Source: a bacterium (GTDB lineage Bacteria > SAR324 > NAC60-12). Taken from it: a DNA stretch of 64,000 nt. Position numbers and translations under genes: made by a program. Shown here piece after piece: positions 23,177 to 33,656 of this stretch. The stretch lies in NCBI GenBank assembly GCA_965205865.1, contig CBDBHR010000023.1:124884-188883 (forward strand), in the 5' to 3' direction. Position 1 is the stretch's first letter. Each line of letters begins with the position of its first letter. A model generated the notes under the pieces. The model searched no databases and was not told the origin of the DNA. It saw only the letters and a program-made list of their open reading frames with translations.

Positions 23177-24139
23177 CTACAAGCGGAAACGCACAAAGGC
23201 CAAGGGGAGCAGGATTAAGATGAGGAACAAACCGATACCAATCACGCCGTAAACAATTTGTCTGACAGGAACGGCATCAATCTGAATGACCAAATGAGGC
23301 TGCTCGAGAGTGGTCATTTCCCATGAGTCCATTTGCAGTTCTCCCAGGTTTTCCACTTGCAAGTATGCAAGCTGAGGAGATGCCAGCTGAAGCAGGCGTA
23401 CCGGAGTGAGAACCCTTCCCGCTTTCAAGACATGACGGTATTGTCTGCTCAGTTCATAGCTTCCAAAAAGGACTGTGAGGGTGTAGCGGAAAATAAGTGT
23501 GGTCTCCCCCGGAGGAAATTGGTGATGGAATTGGAGTTGCCGGCCAATGATTTCATACGTGGTTTCGGATGCGGCACTATGATGAAGCAGATCGAAGTGC
23601 GTGAAGGAATCCGGCAAATCAAAAATCAAAGGATGCTTGCTCGCGTCAATAATATCTTTTGAGAAATTGGTCACACTCAAGACTTCGGTGATTTGCAAAA
23701 AACCCGATCCCGGATCGATGAACAACGCTGCATTGGTCACTTCCAGCGCGTCCGTCTTTTCAGAGATACCGGGAATGGAAAGCCTGACAAGAGCTTCAGT
23801 TTGTCCTGGTTTGAGGAAAAAGAAATCCGAGGAAACAAGACTTCCTTCATAACGGCTGCCGATGCGATATGCGGCGTTGATTGCAAGAGGCATCGGCTTG
23901 AATTTGAATTTTCCGGAAACTGCAGTTTGGATCCGCGCTACAGGACCATCGATCTGCAGTTCTCCCTGCTCATCGAGGACATATTTCAGCAAGACTACAG
24001 GTAGGCCATCATGTGGAATGTCTTCGTCTCCGGGAGGAACAACCTGACCCCGGACTTCCACCATTTCCTGGGCAGAGATGTTTCCGCCATCTAAGGCTCC
24101 CAGAAGCAGGAGGAAACAGAAAATAAAAATATTCCGCAT
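23177..24139 (-). CDS. Exported protein with C-terminal membrane anchor
   Basis: Signal peptide, C-terminal TM helix, 320 aa. Confidence 0.6.
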   Translation of the reverse strand: MRNIFIFCFLLLLGALDGGNISAQEMVEVRGQVVPPGDEDIPHDGLPVVLLKYVLDEQGELQIDGPVARIQTAVSGKFKFKPMPLAINAAYRIGSRYEGSLVSSDFFFLKPGQTEALVRLSIPGISEKTDALEVTNAALFIDPGSGFLQITEVLSVTNFSKDIIDASKHPLIFDLPDSFTHFDLLHHSAASETTYEIIGRQLQFHHQFPPGETTLIFRYTLTVLFGSYELSRQYRHVLKAGRVLTPVRLLQLASPQLAYLQVENLGELQMDSWEMTTLEQPHLVIQIDAVPVRQIVYGVIGIGLFLILILLPLAFVRFRL

Positions 24140-24165
24140 ACGGGAAATTCAGGAGGGAAGGAGAA

Positions 24166-24648
24166 TCAAGCGGATTTCAGAGTCACAGAGGAATCGTGAT
24201 GGTTCAGTTCATGGATGCCGCATGCTTCACATCCTTTGCTCCATTGAGAGGAGCCATCGATGAAATGTTCTTTTTTCCAAATTGGGACACTGTGTTTGAT
24301 AGTATCTATGATAAAGCGGCTGGCGCTATAACAATCTTTACGATGCGAGGTTGCCACAGTAATGGCAATGCTGGATTCTGAAACTCGCATGTAACCCAAA
24401 CGGTGAATCACTTCCACATAATGCGCCTCCCAGCGTCGGCAGGCTTCTGCCACGATTTCGTCGATTTGTTTGAGCGCCATGCTTTCTTGTGCTTCATATT
24501 CCAAGGCAACCACTGCTTTGCCTTCATTATGGTTACGAATGTCGCCACAAAATAAAAGCATCGCGCCTGCCTGAGGATGATGCGCTCGGGCTTGCAAAGC
24601 ATCAAGGTCAATCGTATCACGAGTGATTGTATTCATTTGGTCTCGCAT
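24166..24648 (-). CDS. moaE: Molybdopterin synthase catalytic subunit
   Basis: LEYEA, HRLG, HR, PIWKKE. Confidence 0.92.
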   Translation of the reverse strand: MRDQMNTITRDTIDLDALQARAHHPQAGAMLLFCGDIRNHNEGKAVVALEYEAQESMALKQIDEIVAEACRRWEAHYVEVIHRLGYMRVSESSIAITVATSHRKDCYSASRFIIDTIKHSVPIWKKEHFIDGSSQWSKGCEACGIHELNHHDSSVTLKSA

Positions 24649-24761
24649 TAACGCGAATCATTGTGAAAACACATGTGAATTTTTTCTCAAACTCAGATGA
24701 CATTGACACTAATCTACCTTATTATCGCAGGAAATAAAAACTATTTTTTAAGGAAACACGC

Positions 24762-26564
24762 ATGATTCGGGATACTATTGCAGTTCTGGATTTTGGCAGT
24801 CAATATGCCCACCTCATCGCAAAACGTATCCGGCATTTAGGGGTTTATACGGTAATTTGCTCCCCCATGACGGCTACATGCCAACTGCAATCAATGAAAG
24901 GTATTGTCCTTTCCGGGGGACCGGCTTCAGTTTTCGCCCATGATGCGCCTGCTTTCAATGAGAAAATTTTATCTCTCGATCTACCCATCCTGGGTCTCTG
25001 TTATGGTCATCAGCTGATTGCGCAATACTATGGAGGCACAATCCGGAATACGGGACTGGGAGAATTCGGAAAAACCTTTGTTGACGCGAATAGTTCTTCT
25101 CCTCTTTGGGCAGATATTACTTTTCCATCCCGGGTATGGATGAGCCATCAGGACAGTGTCACGGTCCCTCCTCCGAATTTCGAAGTCATCGGCCATACTG
25201 CCGAATGCCCGGTAGTGGCCCTCCAGCACAATAAACGACGGATATATACCCTGCAATTTCATCCGGAAGTGAATGATTCGGAACAGGGGGAACAGATGTT
25301 GGCCAATTTTATCAAACAATGTGGGGCCCAAGCCAGTTGGTCCATGGAAAACTTTATTCGAGATATTATTTTCGAGATTCAAGAAACCGTCGGAGGCCGA
25401 AAAATATTGATGTTCCTCAGCGGAGGAGTTGACTCGTCCGTGACTTTTGCCTTGCTGAACAAAGCTTTGGGAAAACAACGGGTTTGGGGGTTATTCATCG
25501 ACAATGGCTTTCTGCGTAAAAACGAAGCCGGGGATATCAAGGAGCGCTACCAGCAACTTGGATTCGACAACGTGAGTTTCCGGGATGCGAGTGAAGATTT
25601 CCTCGATGCTTTGAAAGGTCGGGTGGACCCGCAGGAAAAACGAAAACTTGTGGGAGCCATGTTTATTCAAATCCGAAACCATTTTCTCCGGCAAGCAAAG
25701 CTGGATCCGGCCCAATGGATGCTGGGACAAGGAACACTTTATCCTGACATCATCGAATCAGGGGGAACAGAACACGCGCAGGTCATCAAATCTCATCACA
25801 ACCGTGTTCAGGAAGTCGAGGATTTACTGGCAGAGGGACATGTCGTGGAGCCTTTGAAAGACTTATACAAAGATGAAGCGCGAAAAACCGCAAAGCTTCT
25901 CGGTCTGCCCGATTCTATCGTCTGGCGGCATCCTTTTCCGGGACCGGGTCTTTCAATCAGCGTACTCTGCGCCCATGGAGACGAAGTTTTTGAGAACATG
26001 GCATTCCTCTGCGATAAGCTCAGCAAGGTCATTGCTTCCTCCCCTTATGAAGCAGATCTCCTGCCTGTGCGCTCAGTAGGCGTGCAAGGAGATCAACGCA
26101 CGTATACCCAACCTGCCGTTTTGAGTGGCCCCTTGGACTGGAACTTGCTGGAGCAAACGTCTATTCGAATTACTAATGAACTGAGGGCCATCAACAGGGT
26201 CGTCCTTCTTCTCTCTCCTGCCCGCCTGCCTCCATTGACAATCAGAAAAGCTTATTGCACCAGGGAACGTCTCGACCTCTTGCGCAGTGCAGATGCAATT
26301 GCCACTCAAACGTTCACCGCGCATGATCTCATGCGGCAAATCTTCCAACTGCTGGTGATCATTTTACCCCTTTCGGTGAAAGGGACAGGCAACTGTATCG
26401 TCCTACGCCCTGTTTGTTCTGAAGACGTGATGACGGCTCAATTTGCCAAAGTGGACTGGAACATCCTCAAACCCCTGGCAGAACAAATTTTTGAACTCCC
26501 CGGGATTGAAGCGGTTTTTTATGATGTGACCCACAAGCCTCCCGCTACATTTGGATGGGAATGA
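24762..26564 (+). CDS. guaA: GMP synthase (glutamine-hydrolysing)
   Basis: LDFGSQY, GLCYG, QFHPEV, SGGVDS, HPFPGPG. Confidence 0.95.
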   Translation: MIRDTIAVLDFGSQYAHLIAKRIRHLGVYTVICSPMTATCQLQSMKGIVLSGGPASVFAHDAPAFNEKILSLDLPILGLCYGHQLIAQYYGGTIRNTGLGEFGKTFVDANSSSPLWADITFPSRVWMSHQDSVTVPPPNFEVIGHTAECPVVALQHNKRRIYTLQFHPEVNDSEQGEQMLANFIKQCGAQASWSMENFIRDIIFEIQETVGGRKILMFLSGGVDSSVTFALLNKALGKQRVWGLFIDNGFLRKNEAGDIKERYQQLGFDNVSFRDASEDFLDALKGRVDPQEKRKLVGAMFIQIRNHFLRQAKLDPAQWMLGQGTLYPDIIESGGTEHAQVIKSHHNRVQEVEDLLAEGHVVEPLKDLYKDEARKTAKLLGLPDSIVWRHPFPGPGLSISVLCAHGDEVFENMAFLCDKLSKVIASSPYEADLLPVRSVGVQGDQRTYTQPAVLSGPLDWNLLEQTSIRITNELRAINRVVLLLSPARLPPLTIRKAYCTRERLDLLRSADAIATQTFTAHDLMRQIFQLLVIILPLSVKGTGNCIVLRPVCSEDVMTAQFAKVDWNILKPLAEQIFELPGIEAVFYDVTHKPPATFGWE

Positions 26565-26806
26565 TCAACATGGACCGTTTATTGCTTTTAGATCAGGTCG
26601 AAGAGACGGTAAAACCGGAAAAATGAGGGACATGGGCTTGTGCCGAATCTCTCAATTATCAGTGAATGGATTTCTCATTTGAAGGTGGAAAAACGAACCA
26701 CGTGATCTTGTTGATACAATTTGATTTTGATAGGCTGAGATATTATCGCATAGCGACCTGAAACCCGGAGCAATTTTTATAAACCCAAAGAACTTTGAGA
26801 ATGAAG

Positions 26807-27022
26807 ACAATGGACATAATGGATATCAATAAAGAAGAACTCATCAAAAAATACAAAACGAATCCCGTCATCAAGAGTGGCACAATCATAATTTTCTTGC
26901 TGTTAGCCTATATGCTGCCAGGAGGATTCCTCAATTTACTGTTTGCCCTTGCCGGATTGGGATTGGGATATTTGGCTTACAATGACCATGTCGAAAATAT
27001 CGACCATGTCGATTCCCAATAA
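26807..27022 (+). CDS. Small membrane protein
   Basis: Two hydrophobic segments; start uncertain. Confidence 0.4.
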   Translation, partial: TMDIMDINKEELIKKYKTNPVIKSGTIIIFLLLAYMLPGGFLNLLFALAGLGLGYLAYNDHVENIDHVDSQ

Positions 27023-27601
27023 CTGCCAAAGCTGATAAATTACGTCTCCTTGCCTTCCATATAAAACAAATGTGGGCCTTGCCCCAGTTTTCTGGTGTTT
27101 TCGGCTTTCATTAGTTTTGGTTTTACTCTACTGGACTTTGGACATTCGATTTATTCTTTTAATTTTCATTATTCAATAATATCAATTGGTGGAAATTCTG
27201 TAAAAAATTAATACAGGTTACTGTTTTCCATTTTTGATGATACGACCTGTATTAATTCCAATACAGATTCGTAAGACATTGATTTTATTAAACCCAAAAG
27301 TTGAATAAAATGTTCAAAGTCGAGACTCTAATGATCGTTTTTAATATGCGGGACTTTTTCAAAATTGAAAAGGAATAAAGAACAATCTATGTTTCACTCT
27401 CAGTGCTGAGACTCGAAGGTTAACTGGAAAATCCCGAAGATAGAGGTTTCAGTCCTTGTAAATTCGTTCATCAAAGAGTTGAAAATATTATTTAAAATTA
27501 AGAAGATATCTCAAATGGATATCATTTGAACATCTGCAATCGCAAATGGAACCGGCAGCCTGCATTCAGAGGAATGCGCCTGATCTGGCGAAGGAGAAGA
27601 A

Positions 27602-28000
27602 ATGAGGGAAATCGCCCCCAATTTGTTGTATACGAAAGAACACGAGTGGGTCCGTATTGATGGAACGGCTTGTACCGTGGGTATCACCGACCACGCCCAG
27701 CATCTGCTGGGGGACGTGGTCTATGTGGAATTGCCTTTGGTTGACGATGAAATAGATGCCGGCGACGAATTTGGCACCATCGAATCCGTAAAAGCGGTCT
27801 CTTCTTTGTTTATACCCATGTCCGGAAAAATTACGGAGGTCAACACTAACTTGGAAGATGAGCCGGAAATCATCAATGATGACTGCTATGGAGACGGTTG
27901 GTTGATTCGTTTGAATGCATTCAACTTAGAGGAACAAGAATCTTTACTCACGGCAGAAGAGTATGAAACATTTTTATTGGAAGAAGAACCCAACGCCTGA
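27602..28000 (+). CDS. gcvH: Glycine cleavage system H protein
   Basis: HEW, GITDHAQ, ESVKA lipoyl motif. Confidence 0.95.
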   Translation: MREIAPNLLYTKEHEWVRIDGTACTVGITDHAQHLLGDVVYVELPLVDDEIDAGDEFGTIESVKAVSSLFIPMSGKITEVNTNLEDEPEIINDDCYGDGWLIRLNAFNLEEQESLLTAEEYETFLLEEEPNA

Positions 28001-28050
28001 GAGCTGGGGTCGGGTTCTTTTTTCCCCTTAATTTTATATCCCACATTTCC

Positions 28051-29199
28051 TCAGTCAGATCTGGGAAAACAGAGCATCAAGCGGGCCACGCGTTCCCCGG
28101 TCTGCCGCATCAAGCGACCCCCTTGCCGTATTGAATCCTTTAATGCCAGCGGAGTGGAAACTAAAGGCATAGTGGCGGTAATATGAGCGTCATGCAAGAG
28201 ATGGAGGTCTTCCTGCACGATAGACCCTCCAATTGCCAGGAGCGGAACGTGGTGTCGTGCGGCCACCTTGGCAACACCCGCGATTGTTTTTCCTCGAACA
28301 GTCTGTGAGTCAATACGGCCTTCACCGGTGACAATCAAATCTGCTTGTTGGGCAAAGTGCTCAAACCCAACCTGTTCCATCACGATGCCGATGCCACTTT
28401 TTAGCTCCGCCTTCAAAAGAGCGGAAAACATCCCTCCCAAACCACCCGCGGCGCCTGCTCCGGGAAGGGTCGAAATGTCTTGTCCCAAATCACGGCGGAT
28501 TACCTGCGCCAAATTCAACATTCCAACTTCCAGTTGTTCAATCATTTCCGCGTTGGCTCCTTTTTGAGGGCCAAAAATCCGCGCGGCTCCTTGAGATCCC
28601 ACCCAGGGATTGTCGACATCACAGGCAATAGTAAATTGGATTTCCTGCAAACCCGATAAAAGGAACTCGGTGGAGATGCGCGCAATTCGACAAAGGTCTC
28701 TTCCCACCAGTTTATCTTTCAAGAGAGTTCCTTTTTTGTCCAAAAAACGTACTCCCAACGCCTGAGCCATCCCCATCCCACCATCCACAGTGGCACTCCC
28801 TCCGATTCCCATATAAACCCGGTGAACTCCTTGCTCCAATGCCGATTGAATCAATTCACCCGTCCCATAAGAAGTGGTGAGCAAAGGGTTTCTCTGCCGG
28901 GGAGGGACCAGTTCCAACCCCGAGGCAGCCGCCATTTCAACAACTGCTTCTTTTTTTTCAGGTATCAATCCGTAGGAAGCTTCTACCAAAGAATCCAAGG
29001 GACCGGTCACTTGGCGATACTGCAAGCTACCCTGTTGAAAAATCAATGCCTCCACGAACCCTTCACCTCCATCGGACAGCGGAACTGTATCAATCTGCGC
29101 ATCAGGGCGTATCGATGCGAATCCTTCCTGAAAGAATTGGGCGGCTACGATACTACTCATGGATTCCTTGAAGGAGTCAAAGGCCAGTAAAATTCGCAT
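28051..29199 (-). CDS. Glycerate kinase (GlxK/GarK family)
   Basis: DSFKES, DGGEG, GGSAT.DGG, TGEG..D.Q. Confidence 0.93.
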   Translation of the reverse strand: MRILLAFDSFKESMSSIVAAQFFQEGFASIRPDAQIDTVPLSDGGEGFVEALIFQQGSLQYRQVTGPLDSLVEASYGLIPEKKEAVVEMAAASGLELVPPRQRNPLLTTSYGTGELIQSALEQGVHRVYMGIGGSATVDGGMGMAQALGVRFLDKKGTLLKDKLVGRDLCRIARISTEFLLSGLQEIQFTIACDVDNPWVGSQGAARIFGPQKGANAEMIEQLEVGMLNLAQVIRRDLGQDISTLPGAGAAGGLGGMFSALLKAELKSGIGIVMEQVGFEHFAQQADLIVTGEGRIDSQTVRGKTIAGVAKVAARHHVPLLAIGGSIVQEDLHLLHDAHITATMPLVSTPLALKDSIRQGGRLMRQTGERVARLMLCFPRSD

Positions 29200-29440
29200 A
29201 TAAACACCAGTTGTGGATAATTTCGGCTATTTTTTTTTCGCAGTCGCGCATGAACAATTAGCACATCCGCACCCGTCGCTTCAACTCCCGGGTGTGTCCG
29301 GTCGCATCGTAGTAATTGAGCTCCCGTCCATTTCAGGCCATCCACCCCAGGCTGTTTTCCTCAAGGCGTGGAAGCGATATTCCTTAAAATAACGTTCTTC
29401 TCTTTGTGGAATAACAGGGATTCTTTATCGATTGTAGAAA

Positions 29441-29830
29441 TTAAAGAGAAGCGGTGAGTTCCGGACACAGTTCCAGGACTGCGTTTTTCATGAATTTCCG
29501 TGTGTGGACATCTGAATCTACAATGGTTCCGTTCCAAACCGCAATGTCCAAGTCAATAGTGCGTGGACCGGATTTATTGACCGTACCCACTCGACCAAGA
29601 GAATGCTCCAGTTCACGCAACCATTGTTTGAGTTCTGCAGGACCAAGGGACGTCTGAATTAAAAAAGCTCCATTGACAAAATCCGCTTGTTCAGCGTATC
29701 CGATTGGTTTTGTCCGCACAAACTGCGAGACATCGAGCAACATATGCGCATCTGACAACTTCTGCCGAGTTTGTTCGATATGGTGATGGGGATTGATATT
29801 GGATCCCACGGCAATCACGACTCGATTCAT
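29441..29830 (-). CDS. folK: 6-hydroxymethyl-7,8-dihydropterin pyrophosphokinase
   Basis: GSN, F.N, GPRTIDLDI. Confidence 0.92.
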   Translation of the reverse strand: MNRVVIAVGSNINPHHHIEQTRQKLSDAHMLLDVSQFVRTKPIGYAEQADFVNGAFLIQTSLGPAELKQWLRELEHSLGRVGTVNKSGPRTIDLDIAVWNGTIVDSDVHTRKFMKNAVLELCPELTASL

Positions 29831-30180
29831 CCCCGTCTCTCCGAAGTGACGACACTCACTGAATCGGCGAATCTCAAAGAGCGGGGTTTGTCCACTTCCA
29901 CACGCGCAAAAGTCACCTTGGAATCTGCCGCCACAAGGCTCAGCACATGGGCTGCCAGTTTTTCCAGCATTTGAAAATTCGTTTGCTCCACTTCGGCAAT
30001 GATTCGTTTGCTCACGGAACGATAATTGACGGTATCTTCAATGTTGTCGGATTGAGAGACTTGACTGCCGTCGAATTCGATCTCTACGTTGATCACGACT
30101 TCCTGCTTGTTGGTCCGCTCCCAATCATTCAATCCAATGATGGCGCGTAAACGTAAATTTTTAATGTGAATCCACATCAT
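29827..30180 (-). CDS. folB: Dihydroneopterin aldolase / epimerase
   Basis: IIG..WER..KQ, VNY, LEKLA, VDKP. Confidence 0.85.
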   Translation of the reverse strand: MMWIHIKNLRLRAIIGLNDWERTNKQEVVINVEIEFDGSQVSQSDNIEDTVNYRSVSKRIIAEVEQTNFQMLEKLAAHVLSLVAADSKVTFARVEVDKPRSLRFADSVSVVTSERRG

Positions 30181-30916
30181 CTTTTTTATATTGATGGACT
30201 TTGCCCAGATGTTCACCACCATCAAGGAACAAACAGTCTCCGGTGACGAAGTTGGTATCCCGAAAAAAACGAATGGCGCGCACGACGTCTTCCACATTTC
30301 CGTAACGTTGGAGCGGGAGCTCTTTGCATTTCGTTTCAAGAAAACGAGAACCTTCTCCTTCGGGAGGAAGGATCAATCCTGGACAGAGACCATTCACCCG
30401 AATGCGCGGCGCCAATTCCAGGGCTGCCATTTTGGTCGATTCAAAAAGTATCTTCTTGCTCATAGAATAAGCAAAATGGGTGGAGGAGTTTTGAGTAATC
30501 CGAGTGTCGAGTAAGTTGACAATGGATCCTTCCGTTCGGCAAAGGCGGGAAAATCCTTGCATGAGCAATAACGGCGCTTTCAGATTGACCTGCCAGGAAC
30601 GCTCCAGCAAAGCTCCCGTGGTTTCCATCAACGAACCTGCTTCAAACGCGGCCGCATTGTTGACCAGCAGATTACATTGCGGCTCGATTTGAAACGCCTG
30701 TTCAATCAATGTTTTCACCTGGCTGGCATTGGAAAGACTCGCCTTTAGCATATGACAGACGACTCCGCTGGCCTCCATTTGCTTTGCCGTTTCTCTGGCT
30801 GCCTCCTCCGAATGATGGTAATGCAACAGCACGGTATACCCGTCTTGGGCCATCCCCCGGGCAATCGCTTTTCCAATTCTTCGAGACCCTCCCGTGATCA
30901 ATACGGCCGCAGGCAT
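30161..30916 (-). CDS. Pteridine reductase-like SDR (FolM/PTR1 type)
   Basis: TGGSRRIG, YSMSK, LDGG; in an operon with folB and folK. Confidence 0.85.
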   Translation of the reverse strand: MPAAVLITGGSRRIGKAIARGMAQDGYTVLLHYHHSEEAARETAKQMEASGVVCHMLKASLSNASQVKTLIEQAFQIEPQCNLLVNNAAAFEAGSLMETTGALLERSWQVNLKAPLLLMQGFSRLCRTEGSIVNLLDTRITQNSSTHFAYSMSKKILFESTKMAALELAPRIRVNGLCPGLILPPEGEGSRFLETKCKELPLQRYGNVEDVVRAIRFFRDTNFVTGDCLFLDGGEHLGKVHQYKKDDVDSH

Positions 30917-31045
30917 AAACGATTTCTCTGTGGTCTGAAATTTGTAAGAAGCCAGAGTGTATCACTCTCTTTTGGCATGTCAAATGGTTTTCCGACCTCC
31001 CACAGTATTGTTCAATCGATTGTGCGGGAACCCTCAGGAAAAGGA

Positions 31046-31255
31046 AAAAGTCGTCCAATAGGCTCATACCTTGCGGGCAAGGATCACACTGCGGATGATG
31101 ATGGAAAGCAAGACGGTCAATCCTCCAATAAACGCCCAGAACCCCGGAATTTCTCCAATGAGGAACAAGACCCAAACAGGATTGAGAATTGGTTCAAGAG
31201 TCAATATCAAACTGGTTTCCAAAGCGCTCACATATTTGACTTTACCGCAATGGAG
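31046..31255 (-). pseudogene. EamA/DMT transporter C-terminal fragment
   Basis: SLILTLEPILNPVWVFL.IGE.PG. Confidence 0.65.
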
Positions 31256-31404
31256 GTCATGTTTCAAATTTCAACTAAGCATAGGACATTTTCTCCGGAC
31301 AATCTGATGTTTCGTTAATATTGGCATGGATAGCTCCTGGGAATTCAGTTTAGCGGTATCACCACAAAAAAAGGAAAAATAGTCAGCTTCATCAGCTAAT
31401 GTTT

Positions 31405-31560
31405 AGGAATAAACCTTAAATAACCTGTAATTATTCCAATGGTGTGAGCAAAATTGGGGGACATGTACAGCGGCATCCCAACTCTACTGTTTTATGCCTG
31501 CTGTTACGTGTCCCCTAATTTTGCGTATCCATACTTCTAACTTATTTAAATTTCATTCCT
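31405..31560. mobile_element. ~160-bp MITE, copy 3
   Basis: Same family as 12002-12161, with a small internal deletion. Confidence 0.85.
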
Positions 31561-31680
31561 TAAGATGGCTATGCAGGGTAGAAATGAATAGGTGACACTG
31601 GATTGGAAAAAAGGTAATTTATCCTGAAATTTGAGTCCAAAGGAAGATTTTTAAGACAAACCTCGTCACAAGGATCATTC

Positions 31681-31986
31681 ATGATTACCGTTCGCAAGCA
31701 AGAAGTCGCCAATTGGCTTCTGTTGGACTATCAAGCAAAATTGTTCACTCTCCATGAGAAATTACGTTTTTTTGAGCAAAAGTATCAACAATCCTGGAAC
31801 ACCTTTGAACAACAAATAAAAACCGCTTCCAAAGAAAATTTTTCTCAGTGGGATGATTACATGGAATGGAAAGCCTATATAAAAATGGTTGAAGAGATTG
31901 TCACCAAAATTGAGGATCAAAATGAGTACACAAAAGATAGCCATTACAATCCCGATAGGCTTGATTCCGATTATAGATCAAATTAG
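31681..31986 (+). CDS. Hypothetical protein (FEQKY...WDDYMEW type)
   Basis: ORF with RBS; the motif is common in small proteins next to TA modules. Confidence 0.5.
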   Translation: MITVRKQEVANWLLLDYQAKLFTLHEKLRFFEQKYQQSWNTFEQQIKTASKENFSQWDDYMEWKAYIKMVEEIVTKIEDQNEYTKDSHYNPDRLDSDYRSN

Positions 31987-32176
31987 TCGGCAAAAAGGGA
32001 TATCCAGAAGTAAATTTGTCACAAATGTCCTCAAGGAAAAAGTTCAGGAAGAACAGGGACGCTACCTGCAAGATGCGTATAATCGCGTTTTCTCTAAAGA
32101 AGAGGTCAGAAAAGAACAATTAGCGACAGCCATGTGGTTTGAAGGTGCAGAAAGCAAAGAAGGGCAGGAGTGGTGA
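31922..32176 (+). CDS. RHH antitoxin
   Basis: KIAITIP..SRS; overlaps the toxin start. Confidence 0.75.
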   Translation: MSTQKIAITIPIGLIPIIDQISRQKGISRSKFVTNVLKEKVQEEQGRYLQDAYNRVFSKEEVRKEQLATAMWFEGAESKEGQEW

Positions 32177-32517
32177 TACGAAAAGGATCTATATATTGGG
32201 TCGATTTTTCTCCCGGCAAAGGATCGGAGCCTATGGGAAGAAGCCCCGGACTGGTTGTACAAAATAATTATTTGAACGATAGCCAGTTAAATACAGTGAT
32301 TGTCGTCGCAATTACGTCGACTTTAACATTTGGAGAGCTTCCTGGAAATGTTGTATTGAGAAAAGGGGAGGCCAATATACCTAAAAAATCGGTGGTCAAT
32401 GTGAGTCAAATCAAGACAGTGGATAAGAATAGCCTCAAAGAAAAAATTGGCGCAATACCGTCAAATAAATTGACACAGGTGTACGAGGGTATCAAACTGA
32501 TGTTTGGTGAGTCTTAA
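32170..32517 (+). CDS. mazF: PemK/MazF family toxin
   Basis: GSIYWVDF.P..GSE..P.LVVQNN..N, SQIKTVDK. Confidence 0.9.
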   Translation: MVIRKGSIYWVDFSPGKGSEPMGRSPGLVVQNNYLNDSQLNTVIVVAITSTLTFGELPGNVVLRKGEANIPKKSVVNVSQIKTVDKNSLKEKIGAIPSNKLTQVYEGIKLMFGES

Positions 32518-32704
32518 AGCATTTCTCCCGTTATTGGTCGCGCAACGGTCAATGCTTTAGATATGAACCGGCCTTTGATTCTGGCCATCCAAGAGGAAGA
32601 AGTGCTGTCAGGACGTCATGGATCACCATGAAATGATCGTCAAACACTTCGTCAGGCAGGGACGATAAACAAATTGGCTCGCGTGTTCAAACTCAAGGTA
32701 GCGT

Positions 32705-33532
32705 ATGTTCCCGTCGATACTAGAGCTAGAGAGAGTTGATGACAATCGATTCGTGGCCCCCTCCTCACCTGACAAAGGCGAACGGGTGTTTGGCGGGCAA
32801 TTTATGGCGCAGTGCCTTTATGCAGCGCAATGCACGATAGAAGACGGGCGACCTGCGAATTCATTTCACTCTTACTTTTTGCGTCCGGGTAATGTTGAAC
32901 AGAGGATCGACATTATTGTTGACGTTGTTCGAGATGGTCGCACGTTCTCGAGCAGGCAAGCAATCGCCTATCAGAACAGAAAAGAGCTCTATCGAATGAT
33001 CGCGTCGTTTCAAGTCAGCGACCAGTCGCCCGAGTACACCGCCGTCCCGATGCCGGACGTCCCTCCGCCCGAATCGATTGTGATGACCTACGACGATTTT
33101 CACCTGCAACAAACCGGGGAAACTGCGTGGGCTGGTTCTAATCGACCCATGGATATTCGCTATATCAACCCGCCGGGACAGCGTGGTGAAGCGGTTACGG
33201 AAGCGCAGTTAATGTGGATGAAGATCCGCGACCCCATTGCCAGCACAGCTACTGCGCACCAGGCAGGTCTCGCCTATCTTTCCGACAGTTCCTTGGTTGA
33301 CCATGTGATGTTACCGCACGGACTACGTTGGCAAGACGAGGACTTTGCAGGCGCAAGCTTGGACCATTCGATGTGGTTTCATCGCCACGGACGCGCCGAC
33401 GAGTGGGTACTTTTTACACAGTCGGTTGAAACAACTGGTAGCGGTCGCGGGTTAGCAATAGGAAGATTTTTCGACCAGCAAGGAACGTTACTGGCGACTT
33501 GCACCCAAGAGGGCCTGATGCGGTGGTCCTGA
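32705..33532 (+). CDS. tesB: Acyl-CoA thioesterase II
   Basis: VFGGQ, HSYFLRPG, SLDHSMWFH, QEGL. Confidence 0.92.
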   Translation: MFPSILELERVDDNRFVAPSSPDKGERVFGGQFMAQCLYAAQCTIEDGRPANSFHSYFLRPGNVEQRIDIIVDVVRDGRTFSSRQAIAYQNRKELYRMIASFQVSDQSPEYTAVPMPDVPPPESIVMTYDDFHLQQTGETAWAGSNRPMDIRYINPPGQRGEAVTEAQLMWMKIRDPIASTATAHQAGLAYLSDSSLVDHVMLPHGLRWQDEDFAGASLDHSMWFHRHGRADEWVLFTQSVETTGSGRGLAIGRFFDQQGTLLATCTQEGLMRWS

Positions 33533-33656
33533 TGTCAAAATTATCGAGATTTGTGGGCTGCAAGTTTCGTAAAAATATTTTTCAATGGCAAAATTGGCGC
33601 TTTGGATCAGCAGCTTCATTAATTTTCTGTTTCTGCGGAAAAAACGTCAAAAAAGT

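Noticed and set aside
27128-27330. Degenerate MITE (GACTTTGRACATT inverted ends)
   Set aside because: Single AT-rich copy with no clear target duplication; support too weak
27380-27600. Glycine riboswitch upstream of gcvH
   Set aside because: Only scattered motifs (CTCTCAG, CGAAGGAG), not in the aptamer order
29240-29385. tRNA-Sec or SRP RNA
   Set aside because: No TTCGA T-loop, no UCA anticodon arm and no SRP GGAA/AGCAG motif
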